Below, one piece after another: positions 52,153 through 61,631 of a stretch of 64,000 nucleotides of DNA. The position numbers were made by a program, and so were the translations under genes. This DNA comes from Dehalococcoidia bacterium (GTDB lineage Bacteria; Chloroflexota; Dehalococcoidia; UBA2979). Numbering within the stretch: the first letter of the stretch is position 1; every line of letters starts with the position of its first letter. The stretch lies in assembly GCA_965262725.1 (NCBI GenBank), contig OZ253555.1:2912001-2976000 (forward strand), read 5' to 3'. The notes beneath the pieces are model-generated. The model ran no database searches. It had not been told where the DNA came from and saw nothing but the letters and a program-made list of their open reading frames with translations.

Positions 52153-52189
52153 TGAATCTCTCACCCGCCCGGGAGATTTGAGAGTTTCA
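52153..52189. promoter_or_regulatory. Inverted repeat overlapping the HTH gene start
   Basis: TGAATCTCTCA (52153-63) / TGAGAGTTTCA (52179-89), 10/11 match; TAAGGT -10-like at 52148-53. Confidence 0.45.
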
Positions 52190-53307
52190 TGGTCGAGCGA
52201 CGGCGCGGTCCCGGCTCGCAATCGACGGATCCTCCGGGGCCGGGCGCGGCGTCCGGCCAGGACGCGGGTCGCGACCGGGAGGAGCGCCTCCCCGCGACGC
52301 GCTGGGTGAACGTCGCGCGCGCCTGCGAGGTGCTCGGCGTCAACGAGTCGACGGTGCGCCGCTGGGCCGACGCCGGACAGATCCGCTGCTTCCGCACGCC
52401 GGGCGGCCACCGCCGCTTCTCGGAACGCGAGCTCCTCGACCTCGTGGAGGGAGGGAGCAGCGGCCGACGCCGCGATCTCAAGGAAGCCGCGGTCAGCCGT
52501 ATCCGCCGCGAGCTCTCCTCCGGGCACCGCGACGCCGGCTGGTACGAGGAGATGGCGACGGACGAGCGCGAGACGCTCCGGCCGCTCGGCCGCCGGCTCG
52601 TCGAACTCGTCGACGACGACATCGCCCGCCGCGCCCCGCACGCGGAGATCGAGCGCGAGGTCGACGCCATCGGCGAGCGCTACGGCCAGGTGCTCTTCGA
52701 GCGCGGGATGCCGCTCTCGCAGGCGATCGAGGCCTTCACCTTCTTCCGCCGCTCACTCGACGAAGCGGCGAAGCGACTCGCCGAGCGGCAGCGCATGGGC
52801 GCCTTCGAGGCCGCCCGCGCCCGCGAGCAGATCGCCCAGCTCGCCGACCGCGTGCTGCGCGGGGTCAGCGCCGCCTACGACGACGCAAGGGTCGCCCCCT
52901 CCCGTCGACCGCGGGGAGGCGCGGCGGATGAGCCCGCCGGCGCGGCGCGCGAGCCGGTCTCCTCCCACGCGATCTTCCTGGAGCTTCGCGGCCGGCGCGT
53001 GCTGCTCGTGGGAGGAGGCCGCGCCGCCGCCGAGCACGTGGGGACGCTGTGGGACGCCGGCGCCGACGTGACCATCCTCGCGCCCGAGATCGATGAGACG
53101 CTGGGGAGCCACGTGCGGGAGGGGCGCGCCCGGTGGACACCACGGGCGTTCGCGCCGGGCGACAGGGCGGGCTTCGACGTGGTGATGGTCGTCGACGACG
53201 GTGCGGTTGATGCAGGTGTGGCGGTCGAGGTGCGATCCCTCGGCATCTGGGTGAACGCGGGCGGCGTCGCAGCCGACGACCCGGCCGCCGTTCGGGAGGA
53301 ACGCTGA
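52189..53307 (+). CDS. BldC/MerR-like HTH regulator fused to truncated CysG (precorrin-2 dehydrogenase) NAD-binding domain
   Basis: LGV.ESTVRRWADAG.I..FRTPGGHRRF; helical middle domain (YG...G..L..A..AF.FFR); IFLELRGRRVLLVGGG...GIWVNA..DDP then stop. Confidence 0.8.
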   Translation: MVERRRGPGSQSTDPPGPGAASGQDAGRDREERLPATRWVNVARACEVLGVNESTVRRWADAGQIRCFRTPGGHRRFSERELLDLVEGGSSGRRRDLKEAAVSRIRRELSSGHRDAGWYEEMATDERETLRPLGRRLVELVDDDIARRAPHAEIEREVDAIGERYGQVLFERGMPLSQAIEAFTFFRRSLDEAAKRLAERQRMGAFEAARAREQIAQLADRVLRGVSAAYDDARVAPSRRPRGGAADEPAGAAREPVSSHAIFLELRGRRVLLVGGGRAAAEHVGTLWDAGADVTILAPEIDETLGSHVREGRARWTPRAFAPGDRAGFDVVMVVDDGAVDAGVAVEVRSLGIWVNAGGVAADDPAAVREER

Positions 53308-53309
53308 GC

Positions 53310-54284
53310 ATGGCCCGAAGGGCGTCGGCCGGGAGGCCCGCCCCGGCATTCCCCGGTCCGCCGGCGAGGCGCGAACCGCTGCGCATCGCCTCCCCCAGAT
53401 CGCGCCTCGCCCGGGCGCGGGCAGAGGTCGGCGCCGCGGCGCTGGCCCGGGCGTCCGATCCGGTGTCCGCCACGATCGTCACCATCGAGACCGGGTGCAA
53501 CCGCGACCGCACCGCGCCCCTCGCCGCGGACGGGGACTGCGGCCTCCACGTGCAGGCGGTGCGGCAGGCCCTGCTCGACGGACGCGCCGACCTCGCCGTG
53601 CACTCGATTACAGAGGCCGCCGAACCCGCCGCCCCGATCGCGCTCGGCGCCGTCCTGCCGCGCGGCGACCCCCGCGACGCGCTCGTCGCCTCCGGGGGCC
53701 GGCGCCTCGCCGAACTCCCGGCGGGCGCCCGCGTCGGGACCGGCTCGCGTCGAGGCGCCTCGCTGCTGCGGGCGCTCCGGCCCGACCTCGTGACCGTCGA
53801 CGCGCCGGGCGATGTCGACACCAGGCTCCGCCTCGTCGCGGAGGGACGCTACGACGCGATGCTGCTCGCGCTCGCCGGGCTCGTGCTCGTCGGCCGGGCG
53901 GGGGAGGCGACGCAGATCTTCGACGCGAGCGAGTTCGTGCCGGCTCCGGGGCAGGGCGCGATCGCGATCGAGTGCCGCGCCGACGATCTGCGCGTGCTTG
54001 AGCTGCTCGCCCCCCTCGACCACCCGGCGACCAGGGCCGCCGTGGCGGCGGAGCAGGGCGTGGTGGAAGCGCTGGGGGGCGGCGGCGTCCTCCCTGTCGG
54101 CGCGCTCGCCACCGTGGAGGGCGAGCTCGTCTCGCTGCGGGCGATGCTCGCCGACACCGAGGGCGCACCTCCGCTCGTCGGCGACGCCGCCGGCCACGCG
54201 GCGGAGGCCGCTCAGATCGGGCGGGGCCTCGGCCGGCAACTGCGTGAGGCCGTCGACATGCGCGGCTCGGCGGCCAAGCGGTGA
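53310..54284 (+). CDS. HemC (hydroxymethylbilane synthase)-like protein, predicted catalytically inactive
   Basis: DLAVHS, DPRDAL, VGTGS, DTRL, PAPGQGAIAIECR retained; catalytic Asp, cofactor Cys and most active-site Arg/Lys replaced. Confidence 0.85.
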   Translation: MARRASAGRPAPAFPGPPARREPLRIASPRSRLARARAEVGAAALARASDPVSATIVTIETGCNRDRTAPLAADGDCGLHVQAVRQALLDGRADLAVHSITEAAEPAAPIALGAVLPRGDPRDALVASGGRRLAELPAGARVGTGSRRGASLLRALRPDLVTVDAPGDVDTRLRLVAEGRYDAMLLALAGLVLVGRAGEATQIFDASEFVPAPGQGAIAIECRADDLRVLELLAPLDHPATRAAVAAEQGVVEALGGGGVLPVGALATVEGELVSLRAMLADTEGAPPLVGDAAGHAAEAAQIGRGLGRQLREAVDMRGSAAKR

Positions 54285-54479
54285 ACGGCGAGGGAGAGGC
54301 TACCGCGGCCTCCGCCAACTGCGGGCGCATCTCTCCGGTCCGAGCGGAGTCCGCGGCAGCCCCGGATCCTCGAGATGGGGGGACCTCCGAACGGACCGGG
54401 GCGGGGCTGGTCGCCGCGCTCGGGTCCTCCCTACACTCTGCGGGGCCGTGATCAGCGGCCGCGCGAAGGAGGCAAGACG

Positions 54480-55271
54480 GTGGCCGCGCAGGCGGTGAGC
54501 GAGCTCACCCCCCTCGGCGACGGCGCACCGATCCGCGCCGTCGTCTTCGACGCCTACGGCACGATCTTCCGCTTCTCGGACACGGAGCACCGCCTGCTGG
54601 TCGCCTCGCTCCTGGCGGAGCAGGGCCTGGAAGCGGATCTCGACGCCTTCGTCGAGAGCCTGACGAAGTCCTTCCACCGCGTCGGCCCCTGGGCGGAGCA
54701 CACGCGCAAGGACGGCTCGGCCGACCGCGACCAGATGGTTGCGGGCCCCCTCCCCCCGTGGATCTCAACGTGGGAGATCTGGCGGCGCCAGTACGAGCAC
54801 GCATTCCGGGAGCACGGCCTCGCAGGGAACGCCGCGGCCGCCGCCGATCGGCAGCGCCTCCTCCTCACCGAGGCCGACCCGTACGCGGACGCGCACGCCG
54901 CAATCGAGGACCTCGCGGCGCGGGGGCTGCTGGTGGGTCTTCTCTCCAACGCGGACGATGACTTCCTGCAGAGCGCGATCACGCGCGCGAGGCTCCGGTT
55001 CTCGGTGATCGCGTCGTCCGAGTCGCTCGGCGCCTACAAACCCCACCGGGCGGTCTTCGACGCGCTCTGCGAGCGCCTCCGCTGCGCCCCCGCCGAGGTG
55101 CTCTACGTCGGCGACTCGCCGCATGCCGACGTCCACGGCGCGAAGCATGCAGGGCTTCGCGCGGCGTGGGTGCGGCGCGCCACGGTTTCCGAGTACCCGG
55201 AGGGCATCCCGCGGGCCGACGTCGAGCTCGGCTCGCTGCGCGAACTGTCGGACCTTGGGGGCCTCGCGTAG
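54480..55271 (+). CDS. HAD family hydrolase (2-haloacid dehalogenase-like)
   Basis: FDAYGT, LSNAD, YKPH..VF, VGDS..DV.GA. Confidence 0.9.
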   Translation: MAAQAVSELTPLGDGAPIRAVVFDAYGTIFRFSDTEHRLLVASLLAEQGLEADLDAFVESLTKSFHRVGPWAEHTRKDGSADRDQMVAGPLPPWISTWEIWRRQYEHAFREHGLAGNAAAAADRQRLLLTEADPYADAHAAIEDLAARGLLVGLLSNADDDFLQSAITRARLRFSVIASSESLGAYKPHRAVFDALCERLRCAPAEVLYVGDSPHADVHGAKHAGLRAAWVRRATVSEYPEGIPRADVELGSLRELSDLGGLA

Positions 55272-55423
55272 GCACGCGGCGGCGCGGCCAGACACGCTGC
55301 CGGGGCGATTCGGGGAGGCGAGGCGAGGCGTGCGTGTCGTTGCGACGCACTTGTGCCTGCCCCTATACTCAGGGATGCTCGCGAAAGCGCGCATGCGCAT
55401 GAGCGAATAGACCGAGGCGCACG

Positions 55424-56560
55424 ATGCGACTCAGTTGCCAGCAGGAAGATCTCAACCGGGGGCTCTCTGCGGTCTCCCGAGCGATTCCGGCGCGCACGAC
55501 ACTGCCCATCACGAATCACATCCTGCTCGAGGCGAAGGACGACTCGATCACGCTCAGCGCGACCGACGCCGAGACGATCGCGATCACGTACACGATCCGC
55601 GGGGAGGTCCTCTCGCCGGGATCGCTGACCCTCCCCTCACGGCTGCTCTCGGAGTTTGTCGGTTCACTCCCTGCGTCGCGGATCGACATGACACTCGCCG
55701 AGCGCTCGCGGCAGGTGCACCTCTCGTGCTCGAGGAACGAGGCGTCTATCGGCGGCATGGACCCCGAGGAGTTCCCTCCGATCCCGCCGGTCTCCGACCT
55801 GCCGGCACTTCGCATCCCGGCGGCAGGGCTGCGGCGCGCCCTTAGCCAGGTGGTCTTCGCTGCCGCCACCGACGACGCGCGTCCCGTGTTGACGGGCGTC
55901 CAGCTCGCCATCAGCGGCAAGAAGATCTTGCTCGCTGCGGCCGACGGCTTCCGGCTCTCCGTCCATACCCTCGATCTTCCCGAGGAGACCGAGGAGCGCA
56001 CGGCGATCGTGCCAGCCAGAGCCCTCGGCGAGTTGCTGAGGTTGCTGCCGGAGGCCGGCGACGAGACGGTGGCCGTGACCTTCAACACGTCTGGCCGTCA
56101 GGCGCAGTTCGATCTCGGTCATGCCACCCTCGTCGCGCAGCTCATCGAGGGCACGTTCCCGAACTACGAGCAGCTGATCCCGCCGAACCACAACACGCGC
56201 ACCGAGGTGCTGCTGGACGAGTTCATGCGTGAGGCGCGCATCGCCTCCATCTTCGCGCGAGACGGCTCGGGCATCGTGCGGCTGGTCGCCAGCGAGGGGG
56301 AGCACGGGCAACCGGGGCGCCTCCTGATCAGCGCCCGCGCCGAGGAGATCGGCACGAATGAGGGCGAGATCGATGGAATAGTCGAGGGCGACGAGGCGAA
56401 GATCGCCTTCAACGGCCGCTACCTCACTGACATTCTGCAGGTGGTCGGCACGGAGCGGGTCGCGCTCGAGACCTCATCCCCATCCAGCCCCGGCGTGTTC
56501 CGCCCGGTCGGCGACGACTCCTTCGTCCACGTCGTCATGCCTATGTTCGTGCAATGGTGA
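55424..56560 (+). CDS. dnaN: DNA polymerase III beta clamp
   Basis: TLPI...LLEA, DDARPVLTGV, ADGFRL, LIEGTFPNY, IAFNGRYL, VVMPM. Confidence 0.96.
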   Translation: MRLSCQQEDLNRGLSAVSRAIPARTTLPITNHILLEAKDDSITLSATDAETIAITYTIRGEVLSPGSLTLPSRLLSEFVGSLPASRIDMTLAERSRQVHLSCSRNEASIGGMDPEEFPPIPPVSDLPALRIPAAGLRRALSQVVFAAATDDARPVLTGVQLAISGKKILLAAADGFRLSVHTLDLPEETEERTAIVPARALGELLRLLPEAGDETVAVTFNTSGRQAQFDLGHATLVAQLIEGTFPNYEQLIPPNHNTRTEVLLDEFMREARIASIFARDGSGIVRLVASEGEHGQPGRLLISARAEEIGTNEGEIDGIVEGDEAKIAFNGRYLTDILQVVGTERVALETSSPSSPGVFRPVGDDSFVHVVMPMFVQW

Positions 56561-57015
56561 TTATGTCTAGTAGACTGGCTTGCCCCCCACTGCCCGACGA
56601 CTCACGAACCGCCCCCCCCCGCCCTGGGTATGACCGCGCCGACGACCCGAGCGCCCGCGATGTGCGGGGCGCTGGCCGCGTACGCCTGGGCAATGAGGTT
56701 CGCGCAGAGACAGACAGCGCCAGCACCGCTTTCGAATGGTCGGATCGGGGTGGAGGCCCGCCCCGGAAGGACGCAGAGCAGCGTCCACCAGCATGCTGTA
56801 GAGGCGGAAGCCCCAAGCCCGCGACAGATATCCGGCGACAGCTTCTTCTGACAGCGGACCAGTACGCCCAATCGGCGTCCCAACCGAGGTCGTAGAGCAG
56901 GGCCTAGCCGTGCAAGTCGGCCGGGTCTCGGGGCTGGCCGAGCGCCTTGAGGAGGGCCGGGTCCTGCGAGACTCTCTTCGTGCTCCCAGCCGCTGGATTG
57001 ATGTAGACTTACATC

Positions 57016-57267
57016 ATGAGTCATCGCACGCAGATCACGCTGACCGATGAGCAATATGCGCGGCTACGCGAGGAGTCCCGGCGCTCCGGCCTCGGCCTCG
57101 CGGAACTCGTTCGGCGGGCGCTTGAGCGCAACTACGGGACGTCTTCCAGTGCGGAGGTGCTGAGCGCCCTCGACGCGAGCTTCGACTCCTGGGCGGACCG
57201 CGACTTTGACGGCGCGAGCTACGTCGAGGGGCTTCGTCGCGGCATGTCTCGCCGACGGGCGGGCTGA
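57016..57267 (+). CDS. vapB: VapB-like ribbon-helix-helix antitoxin
   Basis: RTQITLTDEQY...LAELVRRAL; coupled to PIN gene. Confidence 0.82.
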   Translation: MSHRTQITLTDEQYARLREESRRSGLGLAELVRRALERNYGTSSSAEVLSALDASFDSWADRDFDGASYVEGLRRGMSRRRAG

Positions 57268-57647
57268 TGGCGATCATCGTCGACACGTCGGTGCTGATCG
57301 ACCACCTGCGAGGTGAGGAAGCGGCTCGCGCAGCGCTTCGCGGCGCCACGGCCGCCGGCGAACGGCTCGCGGCTTCCGTACTCACCAAAGTCGAGGTGCT
57401 GGCCGGGATGCGAGTCCCGGAGGAGCGCGCCACGCGTCGCCTGTTGGACAGCCTCGACTGGATCGAAGTCGATGACGAGCTCGCCGAACGCGCCGGCGTG
57501 CTGGCCAACCGGTTTCTGCCGTCGCACCCCGGGGTCGATCCGGTCGACTACGTGATTGCCGCGACCGCCGAACTCCTCGACGCCCGGCTCTGGACCCGCA
57601 ACGTCCGCCACTTCCCGATGTTCCCGCAGCTCGAATCTCCGTACTGA
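57267..57647 (+). CDS. vapC: VapC PIN-domain toxin
   Basis: VDTSVLID, E, DYVIAATA, TRNVRHFP. Confidence 0.92.
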   Translation: MAIIVDTSVLIDHLRGEEAARAALRGATAAGERLAASVLTKVEVLAGMRVPEERATRRLLDSLDWIEVDDELAERAGVLANRFLPSHPGVDPVDYVIAATAELLDARLWTRNVRHFPMFPQLESPY

Positions 57648-57709
57648 GACGTTGTTCGGCGATCCCCCGAGTCTGCCCGTTGAGGCGTGCTCGTGTGGAC
57701 CGAGGAGGT

Positions 57710-58129
57710 TCAAGAGGCGCAGATCTTCGAAACGGGGGAAGAAGCACAGCTCACCTCCGATCCCGCGTGCTCCGGGCGCTTCTCCGCTCCCTGGTAGCCG
57801 GCATCGCCCCACACCTCCGTCTCGCCGCCGTGTAACAGGCGATGCGCCTCGGTCACGTCGGAGACGTTCGCCGCCGTCGTGCTCACGCTGTGGACCAGCC
57901 CCGTCCGCGCATCCGTGCCGGTGTGCAGCTTCATCCCGAAGGACCACTGCCGGCCCTTCCTGGTCTGATGCATCTCGGGCTCGCGCTCATGCTCCTGATT
58001 CTTCGTCGATGACGGCGCGCTGATGGTCATGGAGTCCACGATCGTCCCCTCGCGCACCAGCAGACCGCGCGCTGCGAGGTGCGTGTTGATCGTGGCAAAC
58101 AGCGCCGTTCCCAACTGGTGACGCTCCAC
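57710..58129 (-). pseudogene. IS5 family transposase internal fragment
   Basis: REPEMHQTRKGRQWSFGMKLH, DAGYQG; both ends missing; related to but distinct from the 25627 copy. Confidence 0.88.
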
Positions 58130-58237
58130 CGCGGACGGAATAATGGCACCGCCCAGGGTGCCAGTTCTCCCCGCGAGGTCCGGCGGCTCTACTGAAGTAA
58201 TGAGGGCGAGTTCCTCCTCAGCCCGTCTGCGGCACGC

Positions 58238-59416
58238 CTACGAGCGGCTGCTCTCCGATCGCTCCAGCACCCCGGCCAGTCCCGAGAGCGACACGACCTC
58301 GCAGTCGCTGCGGAGCTGACTCTCGGCGCCGCCGTACACCACGGTCTTGCCGGACACGCCCGGAAGCAGGTCGCCAACGCGGTTGATCGAGGTGAAGTAG
58401 TCGGAAGCCACCGTGGCACCGGACCTAATCTCGATCGCGCTGACGCCGCTCCCGGTCTCGTAGAGGAGGTCGCACTCCAGTCCCCTCGAGTCGCGGAAGA
58501 AGGAGAGGTTGGGCTGGAGCCCCTGATTGAAGCGATGCTTCAACGCTTCCGCCACGACCACGTTTTCGAAGAGCGCTCCGCGCAGCGGATGCGTCGCCAC
58601 CTGCTGCGGGCTCTCGATGCCGAGCAGATAGCTGGCCAGCCCCACGTCATAGAAGTAGAGCTTCGGCGACTTGACCAGGCGCTTGCGGATGTTGGCGTGG
58701 AACGGCGGCAGCTGGAAGACGACATAGCTCGTCTCGAGGACTGTGACCCACTCACGCGCGGTGGTGTGGGATACGCCCGCGTCGGACCCGACCGCGCTCA
58801 GGTTGAGTAGTTGGCCGACGCGTCCCGCGCAGAGACGCACGAAGAGCCTGAACGCCGAGAGGTTGCGGATCCCACCCAGCCGGCGCACGTCGCGCTCGAC
58901 GTAGGTCTCGAAGTAGTCGCCGAGCGCCTGCCGCGGCTCCAGCCCCTGGTCGTGAATCCGGGGGTAGAACCCCGAGTAGATGATGTCGTCTATCGCCTCG
59001 CTCGCACCCGTGCGGCGTCGCTCCGCGAGAGAGAACGGCAGCAGGCGGAGCAGCGCGGTGCGCCCGGCCAGCGACTGGCTGATGGCGTCGGAGAGCCGGA
59101 ACTGCTCGCTGCCGATGAGCACGAACAGGCTATTCCGTCCGCGTTCGTCGGCGAGGACCTGGAGGTACGACAGGAGCTGGGGAACATGCTGGACCTCATC
59201 GATGATCGCGCCCTCGCCCAGTTGCGCGAGGAAGCCGCGGGGGTCCGACTCGGCGAAGTCGCGCTGGTCGGGCGCCTCTAGATTGGCGTACTGCAGGTCG
59301 GGGAAGGCCGCACGGCAGAGGGTCGTCTTGCCGGACTGGCGCGGACCGGTCACGGTCACGAAGGGGTATTGTCCGAACAGCGCGGTCAGCCGGTCCGTGA
59401 TGTCACGCTCGATCAT
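58238..59416 (-). CDS. AAA_14 + DUF4143 ATP-binding protein
   Basis: GPRQSGKTT, IIDEVQ, SLAGR, YVERDV, KSPKLYFYDVG, ECDLL...IEIR. Confidence 0.92.
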   Translation of the reverse strand: MIERDITDRLTALFGQYPFVTVTGPRQSGKTTLCRAAFPDLQYANLEAPDQRDFAESDPRGFLAQLGEGAIIDEVQHVPQLLSYLQVLADERGRNSLFVLIGSEQFRLSDAISQSLAGRTALLRLLPFSLAERRRTGASEAIDDIIYSGFYPRIHDQGLEPRQALGDYFETYVERDVRRLGGIRNLSAFRLFVRLCAGRVGQLLNLSAVGSDAGVSHTTAREWVTVLETSYVVFQLPPFHANIRKRLVKSPKLYFYDVGLASYLLGIESPQQVATHPLRGALFENVVVAEALKHRFNQGLQPNLSFFRDSRGLECDLLYETGSGVSAIEIRSGATVASDYFTSINRVGDLLPGVSGKTVVYGGAESQLRSDCEVVSLSGLAGVLERSESSRS

Positions 59417-59441
59417 AGCGTCACAGTATGGGCGATGCCGT

Positions 59442-59470
59442 ACAAACTGCAAGTACTACTTGCAGTTTGT
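59442..59470. promoter_or_regulatory. Perfect 14-bp palindrome over the ATPase promoter
   Basis: ACAAACTGCAAGTA-C-TACTTGCAGTTTGT; contains TTGCAG -35 located 18 nt from TACTGT -10. Confidence 0.7.
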
Positions 59471-59550
59471 CCCACCGGTGAGTGTCGCAGCCCGAGGGCG
59501 CGCGCATGCTCTACGACAACCTCTCCGTCGCGGCGCCTCGCTGCGCGAGC

Positions 59551-59601
59551 TGGTCGAACAACCCGCAGGAGCGCCTGAACAAGGAGATCCGCCGGCGCAC
59601 C
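59551..59601 (+). pseudogene. IS256 family transposase remnant
   Basis: Translates as WSNNPQERLNKEIRRRT, the IS256 catalytic-Glu helix motif. Confidence 0.7.
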
Positions 59602-59639
59602 ACAGAGATCGCCTCATCGTGAGTCTTCCGGAGCCAGGG

Positions 59640-59891
59640 CTACTGAGGGGCGCTGCGGGCAACCGCTTCGCGCGGAAGCGCGGCCTCCCAGAGCTCGATG
59701 TAGGGCACCAGTGGCGGCGACCGCTCCGCGAGCCACGCGTGCGGCGCAAGCTCGGACTCGGAGGAGAAGTTGGCGGTGATTTCAGTCCAGCGGCCGTCGA
59801 TGCGCTCCCACTGTGCGTAGGTGTACGAGATGGCGCCGCTGGGCTGGAACGCGGCGGGTGGCGTGCCGTAAACGAGCTCGCCGGTCTCGAT
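59640..59891 (-). pseudogene. 3' fragment of an unknown gene cut by IS21
   Basis: 83 open codons (IETGELVYGTPPAAFQPSG...YIELWEAAL...) abutting the IS21 left end. Confidence 0.5.
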
Positions 59892-60050
59892 CTTGTGAAT
59901 CGCCAGGATCTATAGACCAGCAAACGGCGAGATCGCCAGGGTCTATGTGCCACTTCGCCAAGGTCATTGAGCCACCCCTCCGGGGGGTCTGACCACTCGG
60001 GCCGCCGGTACGGCCACCATCGCCTGCATCCCCAGCGGAGGGGAGCAGCG

Positions 60051-61631
60051 ATGGCCTACCGGGAGGTACACGGGGTGGAGATCCAGGAGATCATTCGTCG
60101 CTGGCAGGCGGGGCTCAGCCAGCGCCGCATCGCCAGCGGGATGGGGTTGTCGCGTCAGACGGTCCGCCGCTACATCGACGCGGCCGAAGCGGCCGGCCTC
60201 ACACCTGACGGTCCCGAGCCGAGTGAGGAGCAGCTCGCCGCGCTGGCGACGCTGAGCCTCTCCGGCCCGCGGCAGGTCGAGGCGCCGAGCGAGGAGCTGC
60301 TCTCGCCCTGGGCGGAGCAGATCGAGCGCTGGCTTGAGACCGACCGCCTGCAACTGACGCGCATCCAGGAGCTCCTCGCCGGACGAGGCTGCGAGGTCTC
60401 CTACACCACGCTGCGGCGTTTCATCCGGCGCCGCGGCTGGCGCCACCGGCTGCCGTCGACCGTGCGCATGGACGACGGGCCGCCGGGCGAGGTGGCGGAG
60501 ATGGACTTCGGCCGCCTCGGCTTCATCCGGGACCCCGAGAGCGGCCGCCGGCGCGCGGTGTGGGCGCTGGTCGTCGTCTGGCGCTACTCACGCCACTGCT
60601 TTGTGTGGCCCACCACCAGCCAGAAGCTGGACGCTGTGATCGAGGGCCTGGAGGAGGCCTGGGCCTTCTTCGGGGGAGTGCCCCGCTACCTCGTCATCGA
60701 TAACTTCCCGGCCGCCGTCGCCGGGGCCGACGCGCTGCACCCGCGCTTCACGCGGGGCTTCCTCGAGTACGCCCGCCACCGCGGCTTCATCACCGACCCC
60801 GCGCGCGTGCGTCATCCCCGCGACAAGCCGCGCGTCGAGCGCAGCATCCCCTACGTGCGCGAGCGCCTCTTCAAGGGCGGCGACTTCCGGGACGTCGTCG
60901 ACCTGCGCTCCGCCGCCCGCAGCTGGTGCCTGGAGGTGGCGGGACAGCGCATCCACGGCACGACACGCCGGCGCCCGCTCGAGGTCTTCCGGGAGGAGGA
61001 GCTCCCTCTCCTCGCTCCCTGGGACGGCGAGCCCTACGAGGTCCCCGACTGGCGGACCGCCACGGTCCATCCCGACCACCACATCGCCTGCCAGTACGCG
61101 CTGTACTCGGTGCCGTCCACGGCCTGCCCGCCCCGCCAGAAGGTCGAGGTGCAGCTCGGCTCGAAGCTGGTGCGCATCTACCACCGCGGTCAGCTCATCA
61201 AGGTCCACCCGCGCCAGCGCCGGGGCGGCCGGGCCACCGACCCGAACGACTACCCGGCCGAGCTCACCCCCTACACCAGGCGGGCGCCCGACTGGATACA
61301 GCGCCGCGCCGCCGAGCTGGGGGAGGCCGTGGGCGCCTACGCCGAGCGTCTCTTCGAGGGCTCCCTGCCCTGGGCGAAGCTGCGGCAGGGCCACAAGCTG
61401 CTGCGCCTCGCCGAGCGCTACTCCCCGGACCGCCTCGACGCCGCCTGCCGCCGCGCGCTCGAGGTCGACCTCATCGACGTGCGCCGCCTCGAGCGCATCC
61501 TCGTCGAGGCCCTCGACCAGGAGAGCACCCCAGACCAGCCCGAGCTGCCGCCGCCTCCGGGGCGCTTCGCCCACTCGGGCTCCGTCTTCGCACAGTCCCG
61601 CACGCAGACCCCGACAGGAGCACCACGATGA
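60051..61631 (+). CDS. istA: IS21 transposase
   Basis: N-terminal HTH; PGEVAEMDFG, IDN, PRDKPRVER, HGTT, YSVP. Confidence 0.95.
   Translation: MAYREVHGVEIQEIIRRWQAGLSQRRIASGMGLSRQTVRRYIDAAEAAGLTPDGPEPSEEQLAALATLSLSGPRQVEAPSEELLSPWAEQIERWLETDRLQLTRIQELLAGRGCEVSYTTLRRFIRRRGWRHRLPSTVRMDDGPPGEVAEMDFGRLGFIRDPESGRRRAVWALVVVWRYSRHCFVWPTTSQKLDAVIEGLEEAWAFFGGVPRYLVIDNFPAAVAGADALHPRFTRGFLEYARHRGFITDPARVRHPRDKPRVERSIPYVRERLFKGGDFRDVVDLRSAARSWCLEVAGQRIHGTTRRRPLEVFREEELPLLAPWDGEPYEVPDWRTATVHPDHHIACQYALYSVPSTACPPRQKVEVQLGSKLVRIYHRGQLIKVHPRQRRGGRATDPNDYPAELTPYTRRAPDWIQRRAAELGEAVGAYAERLFEGSLPWAKLRQGHKLLRLAERYSPDRLDAACRRALEVDLIDVRRLERILVEALDQESTPDQPELPPPPGRFAHSGSVFAQSRTQTPTGAPR

Noticed and set aside
53310-54284. 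Annotation as functional hemC
   Set aside because: Catalytic Asp and cofactor-binding Cys are absent.
56561-57000. Short ORFs or an att site after dnaN
   Set aside because: No motifs, tRNA fragment, direct repeat or integrase found in the window.
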